A DNA stretch of 64,000 bases from an uncultured Planctomycetia bacterium. GTDB taxonomy: Bacteria > Omnitrophota > Gorgyraeia > 1-14-0-20-64-10. This document shows positions 54,990 through 64,000 of the stretch, in pieces. A program made the translations under genes and the position numbers. Numbering within the stretch: position 1 is the stretch's first letter; every line of letters starts with the position of its first letter. Location of the stretch: positions 118,521 to 182,520 of the forward strand of contig CAYJVR010000002.1 of the NCBI GenBank assembly GCA_964373715.1, given 5' to 3'. The notes below the pieces were generated by a model. It saw only the letters and a program-made list of their open reading frames with translations, ran no database searches and was not told the DNA's origin.

Positions 54990-56126
54990 ATGCGTGATTC
55001 CTTCCGGCTTACAGGATTAAGGTGGCGGGATGTACTCGTCATTGCCCTGACAGTGGCTTTAGCCTGGGGTTTAAGAGGTCAGCATGGGCATGAGAAGGGC
55101 TCCGCCTTGGTGGGAGCGATGGCCGGTTTGTGTTTTGCCGCAATTACCGGGGGGCCGCGCTGGGTTGGCTCGGCCGTGATCGGTTCTTTAAGTTTCGCAC
55201 TGGGTGGTTCCTTAAGCTACGGAAAGTTCATCCAGTTGGCTTACCAGGGGTCACGGGAAGCGATCCTGTCACTCTTTCTTATCGGGGTAGTCTGGGGAGG
55301 GTTGGGAGCCTTGGGTTTAGGGCTTGGCCTGGCATTGTCCCGGTATAAACTTTGGGAGCGCGGGATCATTGCCGGGGGCCTTCTTCTCGTTTGGTTTGTT
55401 GTGGACCGTCTGTTTTGGTTTCGTATGAGTGGCCCTAACGATTTGACGACCAGAGAGTTAATGGCTGGGGTTTTTCTCGGGGCGTGGCTTTTCTTGTGCG
55501 CTTATGTCGGGGTTTGGAGACAGGACAGGACCTCATTAAAACTCGCGGTGGCGGGTGCCATTGGATTTGGTTTTGGGTTTCCTTTGGCGGCCTGGGTCCA
55601 AGGGGTTTGTTCAACAATCGGTATTCCTGTGGATTGGTGGAAGGTGGCCGAACATTTGATCGGCCTGATTGGGGGAGCGAGCTTAGGGATCGCGGCCATG
55701 AGGATGCAGCCGACATGGACGCTTCCTTTGGCGGTTCGGCCTGCGGAAAGATGGTTGGCGGTGGCTTGGCTTTTGTGGGTTCTTCCAAGCTGGTTAATGG
55801 CCAATAACCTCGATTATTGGATTGATGAAAAGGGATGGCTTTCGCCGGCTATGGGGAGCTTCATTTGGATTCTGCTTTTTTCCGCTTTGGTTGTTTTTGC
55901 TTTATGGGGATGGCGGGAAATCCGGATGGGCCGAACGTTTGTCACTTCTTGGCCGCCGCGCCATCTGAAGATCCTGTTCCTCTCTTTTGTCTGGGTCACG
56001 ACTTTGATTGCGTGCGGAAAGACCGCCTTGATGGAAGGGGTGTTCCACTCTACGCCGATAGGTTTTATTCTTCTGGCCCTGTTGATCACCTATTTCATGC
56101 AGCCGGAACGATCGGTCCCCTCTTAA
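54990..56126 (+). CDS. Polytopic integral membrane protein of unknown function
   Basis: About 10 TM helices rich in Gly/Trp; no motif recognised. Confidence 0.55.
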   Translation: MRDSFRLTGLRWRDVLVIALTVALAWGLRGQHGHEKGSALVGAMAGLCFAAITGGPRWVGSAVIGSLSFALGGSLSYGKFIQLAYQGSREAILSLFLIGVVWGGLGALGLGLGLALSRYKLWERGIIAGGLLLVWFVVDRLFWFRMSGPNDLTTRELMAGVFLGAWLFLCAYVGVWRQDRTSLKLAVAGAIGFGFGFPLAAWVQGVCSTIGIPVDWWKVAEHLIGLIGGASLGIAAMRMQPTWTLPLAVRPAERWLAVAWLLWVLPSWLMANNLDYWIDEKGWLSPAMGSFIWILLFSALVVFALWGWREIRMGRTFVTSWPPRHLKILFLSFVWVTTLIACGKTALMEGVFHSTPIGFILLALLITYFMQPERSVPS

Positions 56127-56402
56127 CTTGGCAGACCGCTTCTCATGCTGATGGTGGTTTTAGCCCTCGGTATGATCATCCTTCTGGTTTTTCAGCCAAG
56201 AGCGTTGTTTGTTCTGCTTCTTTTGGCTCTTCTATTATGGGTGGGTCTTTTTTCATTCCGGATGTAAAATCTAACTTTAGATACGCCACTAACTTATTAC
56301 ACTATCTTGTTTTCTGGGCTTATGTCGGCTATGCTTAAAAGTGATGAAGGTTATTTAAAATTGATCTGTTATTAAGAAGATTAGATAAGGATTAATAAAT
56401 TA

Positions 56403-57020
56403 ATGGGAACCGAAGTCCTTACCGTTGAGGAAGTGGCGAAACTTCTGCACCTCCATACGATGACCGTTTACCGGTTGGCGAAGGAGGGGAAGCTTCCCGG
56501 GTTTAAAGTGGGAGGACGGTGGAGGTTCCAAAGGGGTGTTTTGGAGCAATGGATGGTGGATCGAGCCCAAGTGAGCCGCATGGAGGCTGAGGACCGACGC
56601 CTTAACATCAAGACAAGGGCGACTGTGAATAGCAAGGCCAAAATCCTTTTAGTGGATGATGAACCGGATATCGTTCAGATGGTGGGAACCCGCCTCAGGG
56701 CTGCCGGCTATCAGGTTGCCGTGGCGTATGACGGCCAGCAGGCGCTGGATGAAGTTAACCGGCAGCGACCGGATATGATCATTCTCGATGTCATGCTGCC
56801 GAAACTGGATGGATACAAAGCATGTCGACTGCTTAAATTTGACGAACGTTACAAGCAGATACCGATTCTCATCTTTACCGAGCGGGCGAATACGGAGGAT
56901 GTCAAATTAGCGACGGAGTGCGGGGCCAATGCTCATCTGGATAAACCGTTTGAACTGGACATTCTTCTTGGCATGTTGGAAAAGCTGATTTCGACATCCG
57001 GAAAAGTCGAACCGAGTTAA
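56403..57020 (+). CDS. Response regulator with an N-terminal excisionase/MerR-type HTH and a C-terminal receiver domain (reversed domain order)
   Basis: LTVEEVAKLLHLHTMTVYRLAKEGKLPGFKVGGRWRF HTH, then KILLVDDEPD...DMIILDVMLPKLDG...K receiver motifs. Confidence 0.8.
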   Translation: MGTEVLTVEEVAKLLHLHTMTVYRLAKEGKLPGFKVGGRWRFQRGVLEQWMVDRAQVSRMEAEDRRLNIKTRATVNSKAKILLVDDEPDIVQMVGTRLRAAGYQVAVAYDGQQALDEVNRQRPDMIILDVMLPKLDGYKACRLLKFDERYKQIPILIFTERANTEDVKLATECGANAHLDKPFELDILLGMLEKLISTSGKVEPS

Positions 57021-57039
57021 AAATCCGGCAGGAGATCCT

Positions 57040-58668
57040 ATGCGTGTCCATCGGGAAACCGGTTTGGGTTACTGGTTGAAGCGGCTTGAAGGCCAGCTGG
57101 ACGTTGAGGAGCTTATTATCGAATGCTGCCGAGCTTTGATAGAGCTTAGCTCGGCCGACAGGTGCTCGATCATGGTGCTGGATTCGCGCACCGAGGAGCT
57201 GGTTGTCCGCTGGGCTCAGGGGATTCGGGTGAAGCCCTATGGAACAACCCGTTTCCGCGTCGGAGAGGGACTGTGCGGGTGGGTGGCCCGTTCTCAGAAA
57301 CCTCTGTTCAGTTTTGACGCGTTGAAGGAGAAGCGTTTCATGCCGTTTCCGCCCGCTTCTCGGAAGTTCAAGCAGGTCAAATCTATCCACTGCATTCCTT
57401 TGGTTTACGAGAAGAGGACCATCGGTGTGATAAATCTCTCCAGTTTTTCCGCCAGCCCAAAGTTCCAGAAAGCCAAGGGACGGCTCTCCGAGCAGTTCTT
57501 GAACAGGCTTGCGCAAGTCATTGCCCAGGTAACCCTCCTTCGCGAGGTGGAAGCGAATTCTGACCGGTGGCGAAATATCGTTAAAACGGCGTCAGACGCC
57601 GTTTCCCAAGTGAGCCACGAGGTCCGAACTCCTTTGACGCTGGTGATGGAAGGGGCCCAGCAACTCCTGGATGGGTTCGGGGGGAATTTGACCGATGAAC
57701 AGCGGGAGCTCGTTGGGTTGCTTAAGATCCAGTCGGAGAGAATGCTCAAGCTTGTCACGGAACTTTTGGATCTTTCTAAAATTGAGGCGGGCCGGATGGC
57801 TATTCACCGCAAGCCGATCCATTTAACTGAAATCATTCAGGATGTCCGAAGACGCTACGAACCGCTCGTTGTGCCGCGCCGGATGGACCTCCGCCTTGGC
57901 AGGGTGCCCGCGGTTTACGGCGACAAGCTCCGGATCGGCCAGATCATCGAAAACTTGCTGATCAATGCCGTGAAATTCACCCCACCGGAAGGCTTGATCA
58001 CGGTTTCGCTTGAGGCGAAGGGGCGTTCGGCGGAAATAACCGTCGCCGATACCGGTGTTGGGATACCCAAAAAAGAGCAGAGACGGCTTTTTGAAAGGTT
58101 CTTCCAGCCTAAAACGCCGGACAACTTGAAGATGCGCGGAACTGGTTTGGGATTGGCGATCGTCAAGGAGATTGTGCAGATGCACGGAGGGACTGTCCGG
58201 GTGGATTCCCATCCCGGTAAGGGAACAAGCTTCATCGTTAGCCTACCTCTTTACACACCGGCGTTCGCGCTCACGGAGGAGTTCAGGCTGATGCGCGAGC
58301 AGGCTTCCCGCGAGGGTTCCGTGTTGGCCTGTCAGTTGTTCCAGGCGGATCTCCATACGATGGCGATGTGGCAGGAGACGAAGGAATTTTTGCAAAAGTA
58401 TGTTCCCAAGGAGGACAGGGTACTGATCAACCCGGATGGCGGACTTGTGGTGTTCTCCGTTATGGTGGACCCTAACGGTCTGCAGGCGATGCGGCGCCGT
58501 CTGGAGCAGGTTTCCAGCGATCATCCGGAATTTTTCCCGCCGGCCTTCGTCCGATGGGGATGGGCGCGGGTGCCTGAAGAGGGAACGGAGCTGCCGATGA
58601 TCCTGCAGTTGGCGAAAAGCAGGGCGGAAGAGAACCTGTTTATTCAGAAAACATCACTGAAGGTTTAG
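57040..58668 (+). CDS. Cytoplasmic GAF-domain sensor histidine kinase with a C-terminal extension of unknown function (about 130 aa)
   Basis: GAF-like N-terminus; H-box SHEVRTPLT; N/G boxes (NLLINAVKFT, DTGVGIP, GTGLGLAIVK). Confidence 0.85.
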   Translation: MRVHRETGLGYWLKRLEGQLDVEELIIECCRALIELSSADRCSIMVLDSRTEELVVRWAQGIRVKPYGTTRFRVGEGLCGWVARSQKPLFSFDALKEKRFMPFPPASRKFKQVKSIHCIPLVYEKRTIGVINLSSFSASPKFQKAKGRLSEQFLNRLAQVIAQVTLLREVEANSDRWRNIVKTASDAVSQVSHEVRTPLTLVMEGAQQLLDGFGGNLTDEQRELVGLLKIQSERMLKLVTELLDLSKIEAGRMAIHRKPIHLTEIIQDVRRRYEPLVVPRRMDLRLGRVPAVYGDKLRIGQIIENLLINAVKFTPPEGLITVSLEAKGRSAEITVADTGVGIPKKEQRRLFERFFQPKTPDNLKMRGTGLGLAIVKEIVQMHGGTVRVDSHPGKGTSFIVSLPLYTPAFALTEEFRLMREQASREGSVLACQLFQADLHTMAMWQETKEFLQKYVPKEDRVLINPDGGLVVFSVMVDPNGLQAMRRRLEQVSSDHPEFFPPAFVRWGWARVPEEGTELPMILQLAKSRAEENLFIQKTSLKV

Positions 58669-58681
58669 TCAATAAGAAAGG

Positions 58682-59110
58682 ATGGACACAGTGAAAAGGG
58701 TTAAGGTTTTGGTCATTGATGATGAAGAGGATGCTCGAAAGCTGTTGTGCAGACGCCTGCTTGCCAACCAAATTGATGCGATCGACGCCGCCGATGGGAT
58801 TACCGGTTTAGAGCTGGTCAAAAAGGAGAAGCCGGACCTTATTTTGCTTGACATCATGATGCCGAAAATGGACGGCCTGCAGTTTTATCAAGCGTTGAGG
58901 GAAGATCCGGAGACAAAAGATGTTCCGGGTATCTTTCTCACGGCTCTTTGCCAGGGGGAGACCATGGACCGCCACAGCTTGGAGCTTATCGCTCAGGCAA
59001 AACACGGGGTTGAGCTGGACGACAACTATCTTATTGTCGGCAAGCCCTATGAGCCTGAGGTTTTGATCGCGGCAATTCATAGCCTTGTTAATAAGAAAAG
59101 CAATCCTTAG
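58682..59110 (+). CDS. Single-domain (CheY-like) response regulator
   Basis: VLVIDDEED...LILLDIMMPKMDG...K receiver signature. Confidence 0.8.
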   Translation: MDTVKRVKVLVIDDEEDARKLLCRRLLANQIDAIDAADGITGLELVKKEKPDLILLDIMMPKMDGLQFYQALREDPETKDVPGIFLTALCQGETMDRHSLELIAQAKHGVELDDNYLIVGKPYEPEVLIAAIHSLVNKKSNP

Positions 59111-59123
59111 GGAGAACGTAAAA

Positions 59124-59519
59124 ATGGCCAAAAAAAGAATACTCCTGGTAGATGACGAACCGGATTTTGTCTGGATGACTAAATCCAGGCTGGAGGCAAA
59201 CAATTACGATGTCCATACCGCGTGTAACGGCAAAGAGGCTATTGAAAAGATTAAAGCGGAGAAACCCGAAGTCGTCCTGCTCGACATCTTTATCCCGGGG
59301 ACGGATGGTTTGGCGGTATTAAGAATGATTCGCAGGCACGACAAGAGGGTGCCCATCTATATAATCACCGCCTCTTCCAACCAGCAGAAATTTCTCGATG
59401 CGAAAAGATTTGGGGCATCCGGTTTCATCGTTAAAACCAGCAACTTCCAGAAGGAGATAGACAATATAACCAACATTCTGCGCCTTTCAGGAAAGTTCCA
59501 CGGTTCTTCCGATGCCTGA
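59124..59519 (+). CDS. Single-domain (CheY-like) response regulator
   Basis: ILLVDDEPD...VVLLDIFIPGTDG...K receiver signature; the ATG at 59124 is preferred over the track's 59085. Confidence 0.8.
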   Translation: MAKKRILLVDDEPDFVWMTKSRLEANNYDVHTACNGKEAIEKIKAEKPEVVLLDIFIPGTDGLAVLRMIRRHDKRVPIYIITASSNQQKFLDAKRFGASGFIVKTSNFQKEIDNITNILRLSGKFHGSSDA

Positions 59520-61992
59520 TAGAACCTTGCCCGACGGACGGTTTACCTTCCGGCTGATAGTCGGCATGTTTTTGGTGAGCTGTCTGGTTTTCGGCGGGTT
59601 GATTTGGCACGTTTTCCATTCCTACCGAGTGACGCGTCAAATAATCCGGCAGGAGATGCGGCTCAAAGAATTCGCCTGGGAGATCGTTTATCTGGATGAA
59701 GCCCTTACGATGTCTGCCCGGATTGCCGTTCTTACTCTGGAACCGGAGTGGATGGAGCGTTACTACCGCTTTGAGCAACAGTTTGACGAGGTAATTGAGG
59801 AAGCCCAAAAACTTGTCCCAGAGGTGAGGCACAACCAAGCTGTTTTACAAGCGGCGGGGACAAACGACAAACTTGTCGCCATGGAGCACAAAGCGATTAA
59901 AGAAGTTGAAGAGGGCCGTTTTGAGGAGGCGCAGGAAATATTATTTGGTGGCGCCTACGGCATTCAAAAAGAGATTTATGCCGACGCCGTCAAACGGTTT
60001 TCCGATCAGCTGAGGATCCGCGCTGAGGAGATACTTTCCGGCGAACACGACCGAGCCGTCTTCTCGATCGCCGTAATATCGGTACTTATTCCTCTGCTGT
60101 TTTTCGCGTGGACGGCCGTTCTTTTTGTGCTTCGCCGGTGGCAATTGGCTGTCCAGGAAAACAGCCGGCTGGCCGAACGCCGTCTCATGGAAAAGGAGGC
60201 GGCGAAAGAGGCCTTGGAAATGGATATCTCCGAACGCAAGAAGGCGGAAGAAGCCCTTCGGGAAAGCCAAACGCGTCTCCAACTGGTGGCGCATGCCACG
60301 AATGACGCGGTATGGGATTGGGATTTTCGGACAAACCAGGTGTGGTGGAACGACGGCATCTGCGCAATCTTCGGCTACCAGCCCAGCGAGGTGATTTCTG
60401 ATTCGGCGTGGTGGAAGGACCATATCCATTCGGGTGACCGGGATCAGGTGACCTCGGGCGTTCACGCCGCCATAGAAGGCCGGGGGGAATTCTGGTCGGC
60501 GGAATACCGTTTCCGCAGGGCAGACAACACCTACGCCTATGTCTATAACCGGGGGTATGTTGTGCGTGAAAGCTCCGGTAAAGCGATCCGGATGATCGGC
60601 GCTATTGTGGACATCAGCGATCGCAAACAGGTGGAAGAGCAGCTTCTTCATGACGCCTTCCATGATTTGGTCACAGGTTTGCCCAACCGGGCTCTGTTTA
60701 TAGACCGCCTCGGGCGTTCGATTGGCCGGGCTAAACGGAGAAGCGATTATCTGTTCGCGGTCCTTTTTATTGATGTGGACCGTTTTAAGGTGATCAACGA
60801 TAGTCTCGGCCACGCAGTGGGAGACCAGCTCTTGAAGACTATAACGGAGCGGCTGCTCTCCTCCCTGCGCCCGAGTGATACCCTGGCCCGTTTCGGCGGG
60901 GACAAATTCACCGTCCTCTTGGAAGATATCGGCGATGTGAACGACGCCACCCGTGTCGCCGACAGGATCCAGAAGGAACTGACGGTCCCGTTTAATCTAG
61001 GTAAGCAGGAAGTTTTCATCACGGTCAGTATTGGGATATCCCAAAGCGCCACCGGCTACGATCAGCCGGAGGATTTCTTAAGAGACGCCGAGACGGCGAT
61101 GTATCGGGCGAAAACCCTGGGCAGGGCTCGTTATCAGGTTTTCGATACAGAGATGCACGCCCGCGCTGTTTCTCTGCTGCAGATGGAGACCGATTTAAGG
61201 CGGGCGATAGAACGGAATGAATTTGAGGTTTATTACCAACCGATCATTTCTTTGAAAACAGGCCTCCTCAGCGGGTTTGAGTCGCTGGTCCGGTGGAGGC
61301 ATCCCCAGAGGGGAATCCTTCTGCCGTACGATTTCCTGCCGATCCTTCAGGAAATGGGCCTAATCATTCAGCTTGACCATCACGTTTTGATGGAATCCTG
61401 CCGCCAGATGAAAGAGTGGCAGAAAAAATTCCCCGCGTGCTCTTCGGTCAACATGAACGTTAATCTGTCCGCCAAACATTTCGCTCACCCGGGTTTCTCT
61501 GATTTTGTGGACCAAGTTCTCCAGGAAACCGGTTTGAACCCGAAAACGTTGAAATTGGAAATTCCGGAAAGCGGGATTATGGAGCACGCCGAATTTGTCG
61601 AGGTTGCCTTAGTCCAGCTGAAAGCGAAGAAGGTCAGTCTTTCGATCGATGATTTCGGAACGGGCAATTCCTCCCTGTCCGCGATTCACCGCTTCCCGAT
61701 CGAGACGCTTAAAATAGACCGTTCGTTTGTCTCCATGATGGACCAGAAGCAGGAAAACCTTGAGATCGTGCGTGCGATCATCGTCCTCGCGCATAACCTC
61801 AGCATGGATGTCGTGGCGGAAGGAATCGAGACTGAGCCGCAACTGGTCCTCTTAAGAGATTTGGGATGCGAGTACGGGCAGGGGTTCCTGTTCTCCAAAC
61901 CGGTCCCGTCAAAAACAGCGGAGGGTTTTCTCAGCCCTTCTCCGAAGCAGTTCATCGCTAAGACCAAGGCAAGTAACAGCCGTATCGCTTAA
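59512..61992 (+). CDS. Membrane-anchored sensor protein: periplasmic helical domain + PAS + degenerate GGDEF (GGDKF) + EAL (ESL variant). Likely a c-di-GMP phosphodiesterase.
   Basis: Two TM helices flank a 170-aa sensor region, followed by PAS; GGDEF region with RFGGDKFTVLL; EAL motifs ESLVRW, DDFGTGNSS, LKIDRSFV and EGIETEPQ. Confidence 0.85.
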   Translation: MPDRTLPDGRFTFRLIVGMFLVSCLVFGGLIWHVFHSYRVTRQIIRQEMRLKEFAWEIVYLDEALTMSARIAVLTLEPEWMERYYRFEQQFDEVIEEAQKLVPEVRHNQAVLQAAGTNDKLVAMEHKAIKEVEEGRFEEAQEILFGGAYGIQKEIYADAVKRFSDQLRIRAEEILSGEHDRAVFSIAVISVLIPLLFFAWTAVLFVLRRWQLAVQENSRLAERRLMEKEAAKEALEMDISERKKAEEALRESQTRLQLVAHATNDAVWDWDFRTNQVWWNDGICAIFGYQPSEVISDSAWWKDHIHSGDRDQVTSGVHAAIEGRGEFWSAEYRFRRADNTYAYVYNRGYVVRESSGKAIRMIGAIVDISDRKQVEEQLLHDAFHDLVTGLPNRALFIDRLGRSIGRAKRRSDYLFAVLFIDVDRFKVINDSLGHAVGDQLLKTITERLLSSLRPSDTLARFGGDKFTVLLEDIGDVNDATRVADRIQKELTVPFNLGKQEVFITVSIGISQSATGYDQPEDFLRDAETAMYRAKTLGRARYQVFDTEMHARAVSLLQMETDLRRAIERNEFEVYYQPIISLKTGLLSGFESLVRWRHPQRGILLPYDFLPILQEMGLIIQLDHHVLMESCRQMKEWQKKFPACSSVNMNVNLSAKHFAHPGFSDFVDQVLQETGLNPKTLKLEIPESGIMEHAEFVEVALVQLKAKKVSLSIDDFGTGNSSLSAIHRFPIETLKIDRSFVSMMDQKQENLEIVRAIIVLAHNLSMDVVAEGIETEPQLVLLRDLGCEYGQGFLFSKPVPSKTAEGFLSPSPKQFIAKTKASNSRIA

Positions 61993-62036
61993 GCCCTTTC
62001 TTTGCAGATTCGCCAGTTGATGGTGTCCCGCCGTTT

Positions 62037-62642
62037 TTACTCCTGAATGCTGATGGAGAGCATCTTAATCTCTTCCCGGGGCCGGTCATTCTGGTCTCGC
62101 GGCACCGAAACGATTGCTTCCACCACCTCCTGCCCCTGAACCACTTTGCCAAAAATCGCATGCTTGCCGTCCAGCCACGGCGTTGGAGCCAGCGTGATGA
62201 AGAACTGACTGCCGTTGGTGTTCGGGCCGGAGTTGGCCATGGAAAGTATCCCAGGGCTGTCGTGCTTGAGGCCCGAGCCGAATTCGTCGGCGAATGTATA
62301 GCCGGGCCCGCTGCGGCCGGTGCCGGTCGGGTCGCCCGTCTGAATCATGAAGCCCGGGATTATCCGGTGGAAGATGATGTTGTTATAGAAGCCCTGTTTG
62401 GCGAGTTTCACGAAATTAGCGACGGTCTGAGGAGCTTTATCGTTGTAGAGCTCAATGACAATCTTGCCTTTGGGTGTTTCGATAGTAGACACGGGATTTC
62501 TCACCTCAGTTTTAATCGGAGCAGCTATTTCTTCTTTCACAGGAGTTGCAACCGTAGTCGAAGCTGGAGATTTAGCCGGAGATGTAGCACATCCCAGACA
62601 GGCCAGCAGGCCGATAACGAACAGAGCAGTCCATCTGACCAT
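62037..62642 (-). CDS. Peptidyl-prolyl cis-trans isomerase (cyclophilin type), lipoprotein
   Basis: LLACLGCAT lipobox; [15 protein letters not shown] and GSQFFIT cyclophilin motifs. Confidence 0.85.
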   Translation of the reverse strand: MVRWTALFVIGLLACLGCATSPAKSPASTTVATPVKEEIAAPIKTEVRNPVSTIETPKGKIVIELYNDKAPQTVANFVKLAKQGFYNNIIFHRIIPGFMIQTGDPTGTGRSGPGYTFADEFGSGLKHDSPGILSMANSGPNTNGSQFFITLAPTPWLDGKHAIFGKVVQGQEVVEAIVSVPRDQNDRPREEIKMLSISIQE

Positions 62643-62756
62643 TTTTCTTTAAGACTCCTTTTTTCAAACGGTACAGGTTAACCCCCCTCAAACGGGCCGT
62701 CCCTCCCGGCAGTCGATCACCGGAAGGGACGGTGGGAAACAGGAACCAACCCCAGC

Positions 62757-64000
62757 CTATGAGCAGCCTGAGGTTGCTCCGCAATTGAAACATTTGTAGC
62801 AACTGCCGGAACGGACCATCATGGAACCGCAGTCCGGGCAGGGCGGGGCGTCCACTTGGCCCTGGAACGCCTGCCGGCTCGGTTCCAGTTTAGAGGTGGT
62901 CCCCGCTGTTTGGCCCGGCGAGGTGATGTCCGCTTGTTTTGCCGCCAAATCGGTGACTGTGCTTGGCGGCTGCGGCTGTTTGTCGGCCGGCAGGAACCTA
63001 AGCGCCAACCAGCGGAAGATGTAGTCTAGGATAGACTGCGCGAACCGGATCTTCGGGTTTGAGGTGATCCCGGCCGGTTCGAACCGCATGTGGCTGAATT
63101 TCTTCACCAGGTCTTCTAATGGAACGCCGTATTGGAGCGCCAGCGAGATCGAGGTGGCGAAGGCGTCCAGCAAGCCGGAGATGACGGTTCCTTCTTTTGA
63201 CATCACGATGAAGATCTCGCCCGGTTTCCCGTCTTCGTACAGGCCGACCGTCACGTAGCCGTCGTGGCCGGCGATCGAAAACTTGTGCGTGATCGCGACC
63301 CGCTCGTCCGGGAGGTAGCGGCGTTTGGTTTTTAAGGCCCCGTTTGTCTGGGCCGCCGGATCCTTGGCCGCCTCTTTCATCAGCCCGTCATCCTTTTTGC
63401 CGGTCGAGAGGGGCTGGACTTTCTTGGATCCGTCCCGGTAGATCGCGATCGCTTTGACCCCATCCTTCCAGGCCTCGATGTAGGCCTGCATGATGTCATC
63501 CACAGTGGCTTCCGACGGGACGTTAACGGTCTTGGAGATTGCGCCGCTGATGAAGGGCTGAGTGGCCCCCATCATCCGGACGTGGCCCAAGTAGTGGATC
63601 GACCGGGTCCCTTTCATCGCTTTGAAGGCACAGTCAAAAACCGGCAGATGCTCCGGTTTGATCCCGGGGGCCCCTTCGATAGTCTCTTCCTTGTTGAGGT
63701 ATTCCACGATCGCCTGTGTTTGGGCGTCGGAATATCCGAGTTTTTTGAGGGCGCGCGGCACGGTGTTGTTGACGATCTTGATGAGTCCGCCTCCCACCAG
63801 TTTCTTGTATTTGATCAGCGCGATGTCCGGCTCGACGCCTGTGGTGTCGCAGTCCATCATGAAACCGATCGTGCCGGTGGGGGCCAGAACGGTTACCTGG
63901 GAATTGCGGACGCCGTACTCGGTCCCGAGCCGGAAAGCCTCTTCCCACGCGTGCGCTGCCGAGGCGAACATCTCTTCCGACACCATCCGGTCATCCACTT
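62757..64000 (-). CDS. nrdJ: Adenosylcobalamin-dependent (class II) ribonucleotide reductase, C-terminal part; the N-terminus lies beyond the window edge
   Basis: C-terminal zinc ribbon CPDCGSMMVRSGSCYKCFNCGATSG plus upstream RNR-like VLAPTGTIGFMMDCDTTGVEP. Confidence 0.75.
   Translation of the reverse strand, partial: VDDRMVSEEMFASAAHAWEEAFRLGTEYGVRNSQVTVLAPTGTIGFMMDCDTTGVEPDIALIKYKKLVGGGLIKIVNNTVPRALKKLGYSDAQTQAIVEYLNKEETIEGAPGIKPEHLPVFDCAFKAMKGTRSIHYLGHVRMMGATQPFISGAISKTVNVPSEATVDDIMQAYIEAWKDGVKAIAIYRDGSKKVQPLSTGKKDDGLMKEAAKDPAAQTNGALKTKRRYLPDERVAITHKFSIAGHDGYVTVGLYEDGKPGEIFIVMSKEGTVISGLLDAFATSISLALQYGVPLEDLVKKFSHMRFEPAGITSNPKIRFAQSILDYIFRWLALRFLPADKQPQPPSTVTDLAAKQADITSPGQTAGTTSKLEPSRQAFQGQVDAPPCPDCGSMMVRSGSCYKCFNCGATSGCS

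Noticed and set aside
59941-60813. 290-aa minus-strand ORF
   Set aside because: Antisense to the PAS-GGDEF-EAL gene, which has multiple ordered signalling motifs.
1-64000. Search for CRISPR arrays, IS elements/transposases, integrases, tRNA or rRNA genes
   Set aside because: No direct-repeat/spacer periodicity, no DDE/tyrosine-recombinase-like ORFs and no tRNA-like cloverleaf candidates were seen in the intergenic regions. The T-loop-like GGTTCGATC at 53296 is part of a terminator hairpin, not a tRNA.

Overview
High-GC (about 60%) bacterial chromosomal segment, densely coding on both strands. I found no rRNA, tRNA, CRISPR array, transposase or integrase. Read left to right: an ADP-forming acetyl-CoA synthetase and a 2-hydroxyacid dehydrogenase. 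Then a translationally coupled hemerythrin-nirK-hemerythrin unit, with a copper nitrite reductase. metF follows on the minus strand. Next is a minus-strand aa3-type heme-copper oxidase operon with unusual accessories: a dihaem cytochrome c fused to an EB_dh-like domain, a cupredoxin, coxB, coxA, a fused ctaA-ctaB, coxC, coxD, a truncated SCO-like ORF and DUF420. A murein-peptide recycling cluster follows: NlpC/P60, L-Ala-D/L-Glu epimerase, DUF819, M15 peptidase and an APC permease. Then an exported Pcm, a transglutaminase-like protein, and a MerA-like flavoprotein paired with TVP38/DedA. The centrepiece is a co-directional stretch of about 15 kb (28.2-43.4 kb). It opens with one 884-aa protein that fuses a PqqD-like RRE, a radical SAM core, a SPASM-like Cys cluster and an ArsM-type As(III) S-adenosylmethionine methyltransferase, and ends in a CGPAGCC tail. 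Its stop overlaps the start of arsR, and a PiT phosphate/arsenate transporter follows. The stretch continues with a porin, DUF3047, two CrtI-like FAD oxidases, an aldehyde dehydrogenase, a BtaA-like (DUF3419) protein, a phosphatidylserine-decarboxylase-like enzyme and a GT2-GT2-DUF2064 triple fusion. I read this as a candidate, undescribed organoarsenical (arsenosugar- or arsenolipid-like) biosynthesis island. The rest is housekeeping (greA, an MFS transporter, lemA, a thiolase, an aminotransferase), cspA with a long leader, a Δ9 desaturase, a signalling cluster (HTH-receiver, GAF histidine kinase, two CheY-like receivers, and a PAS-GGDEF-EAL protein with a degenerate GGDKF site), a cyclophilin and the 3' part of a class II ribonucleotide reductase. 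Many long antisense ORFs in the supplied track are GC-driven artefacts. All functional calls come from reading motifs by eye; no database search was run.
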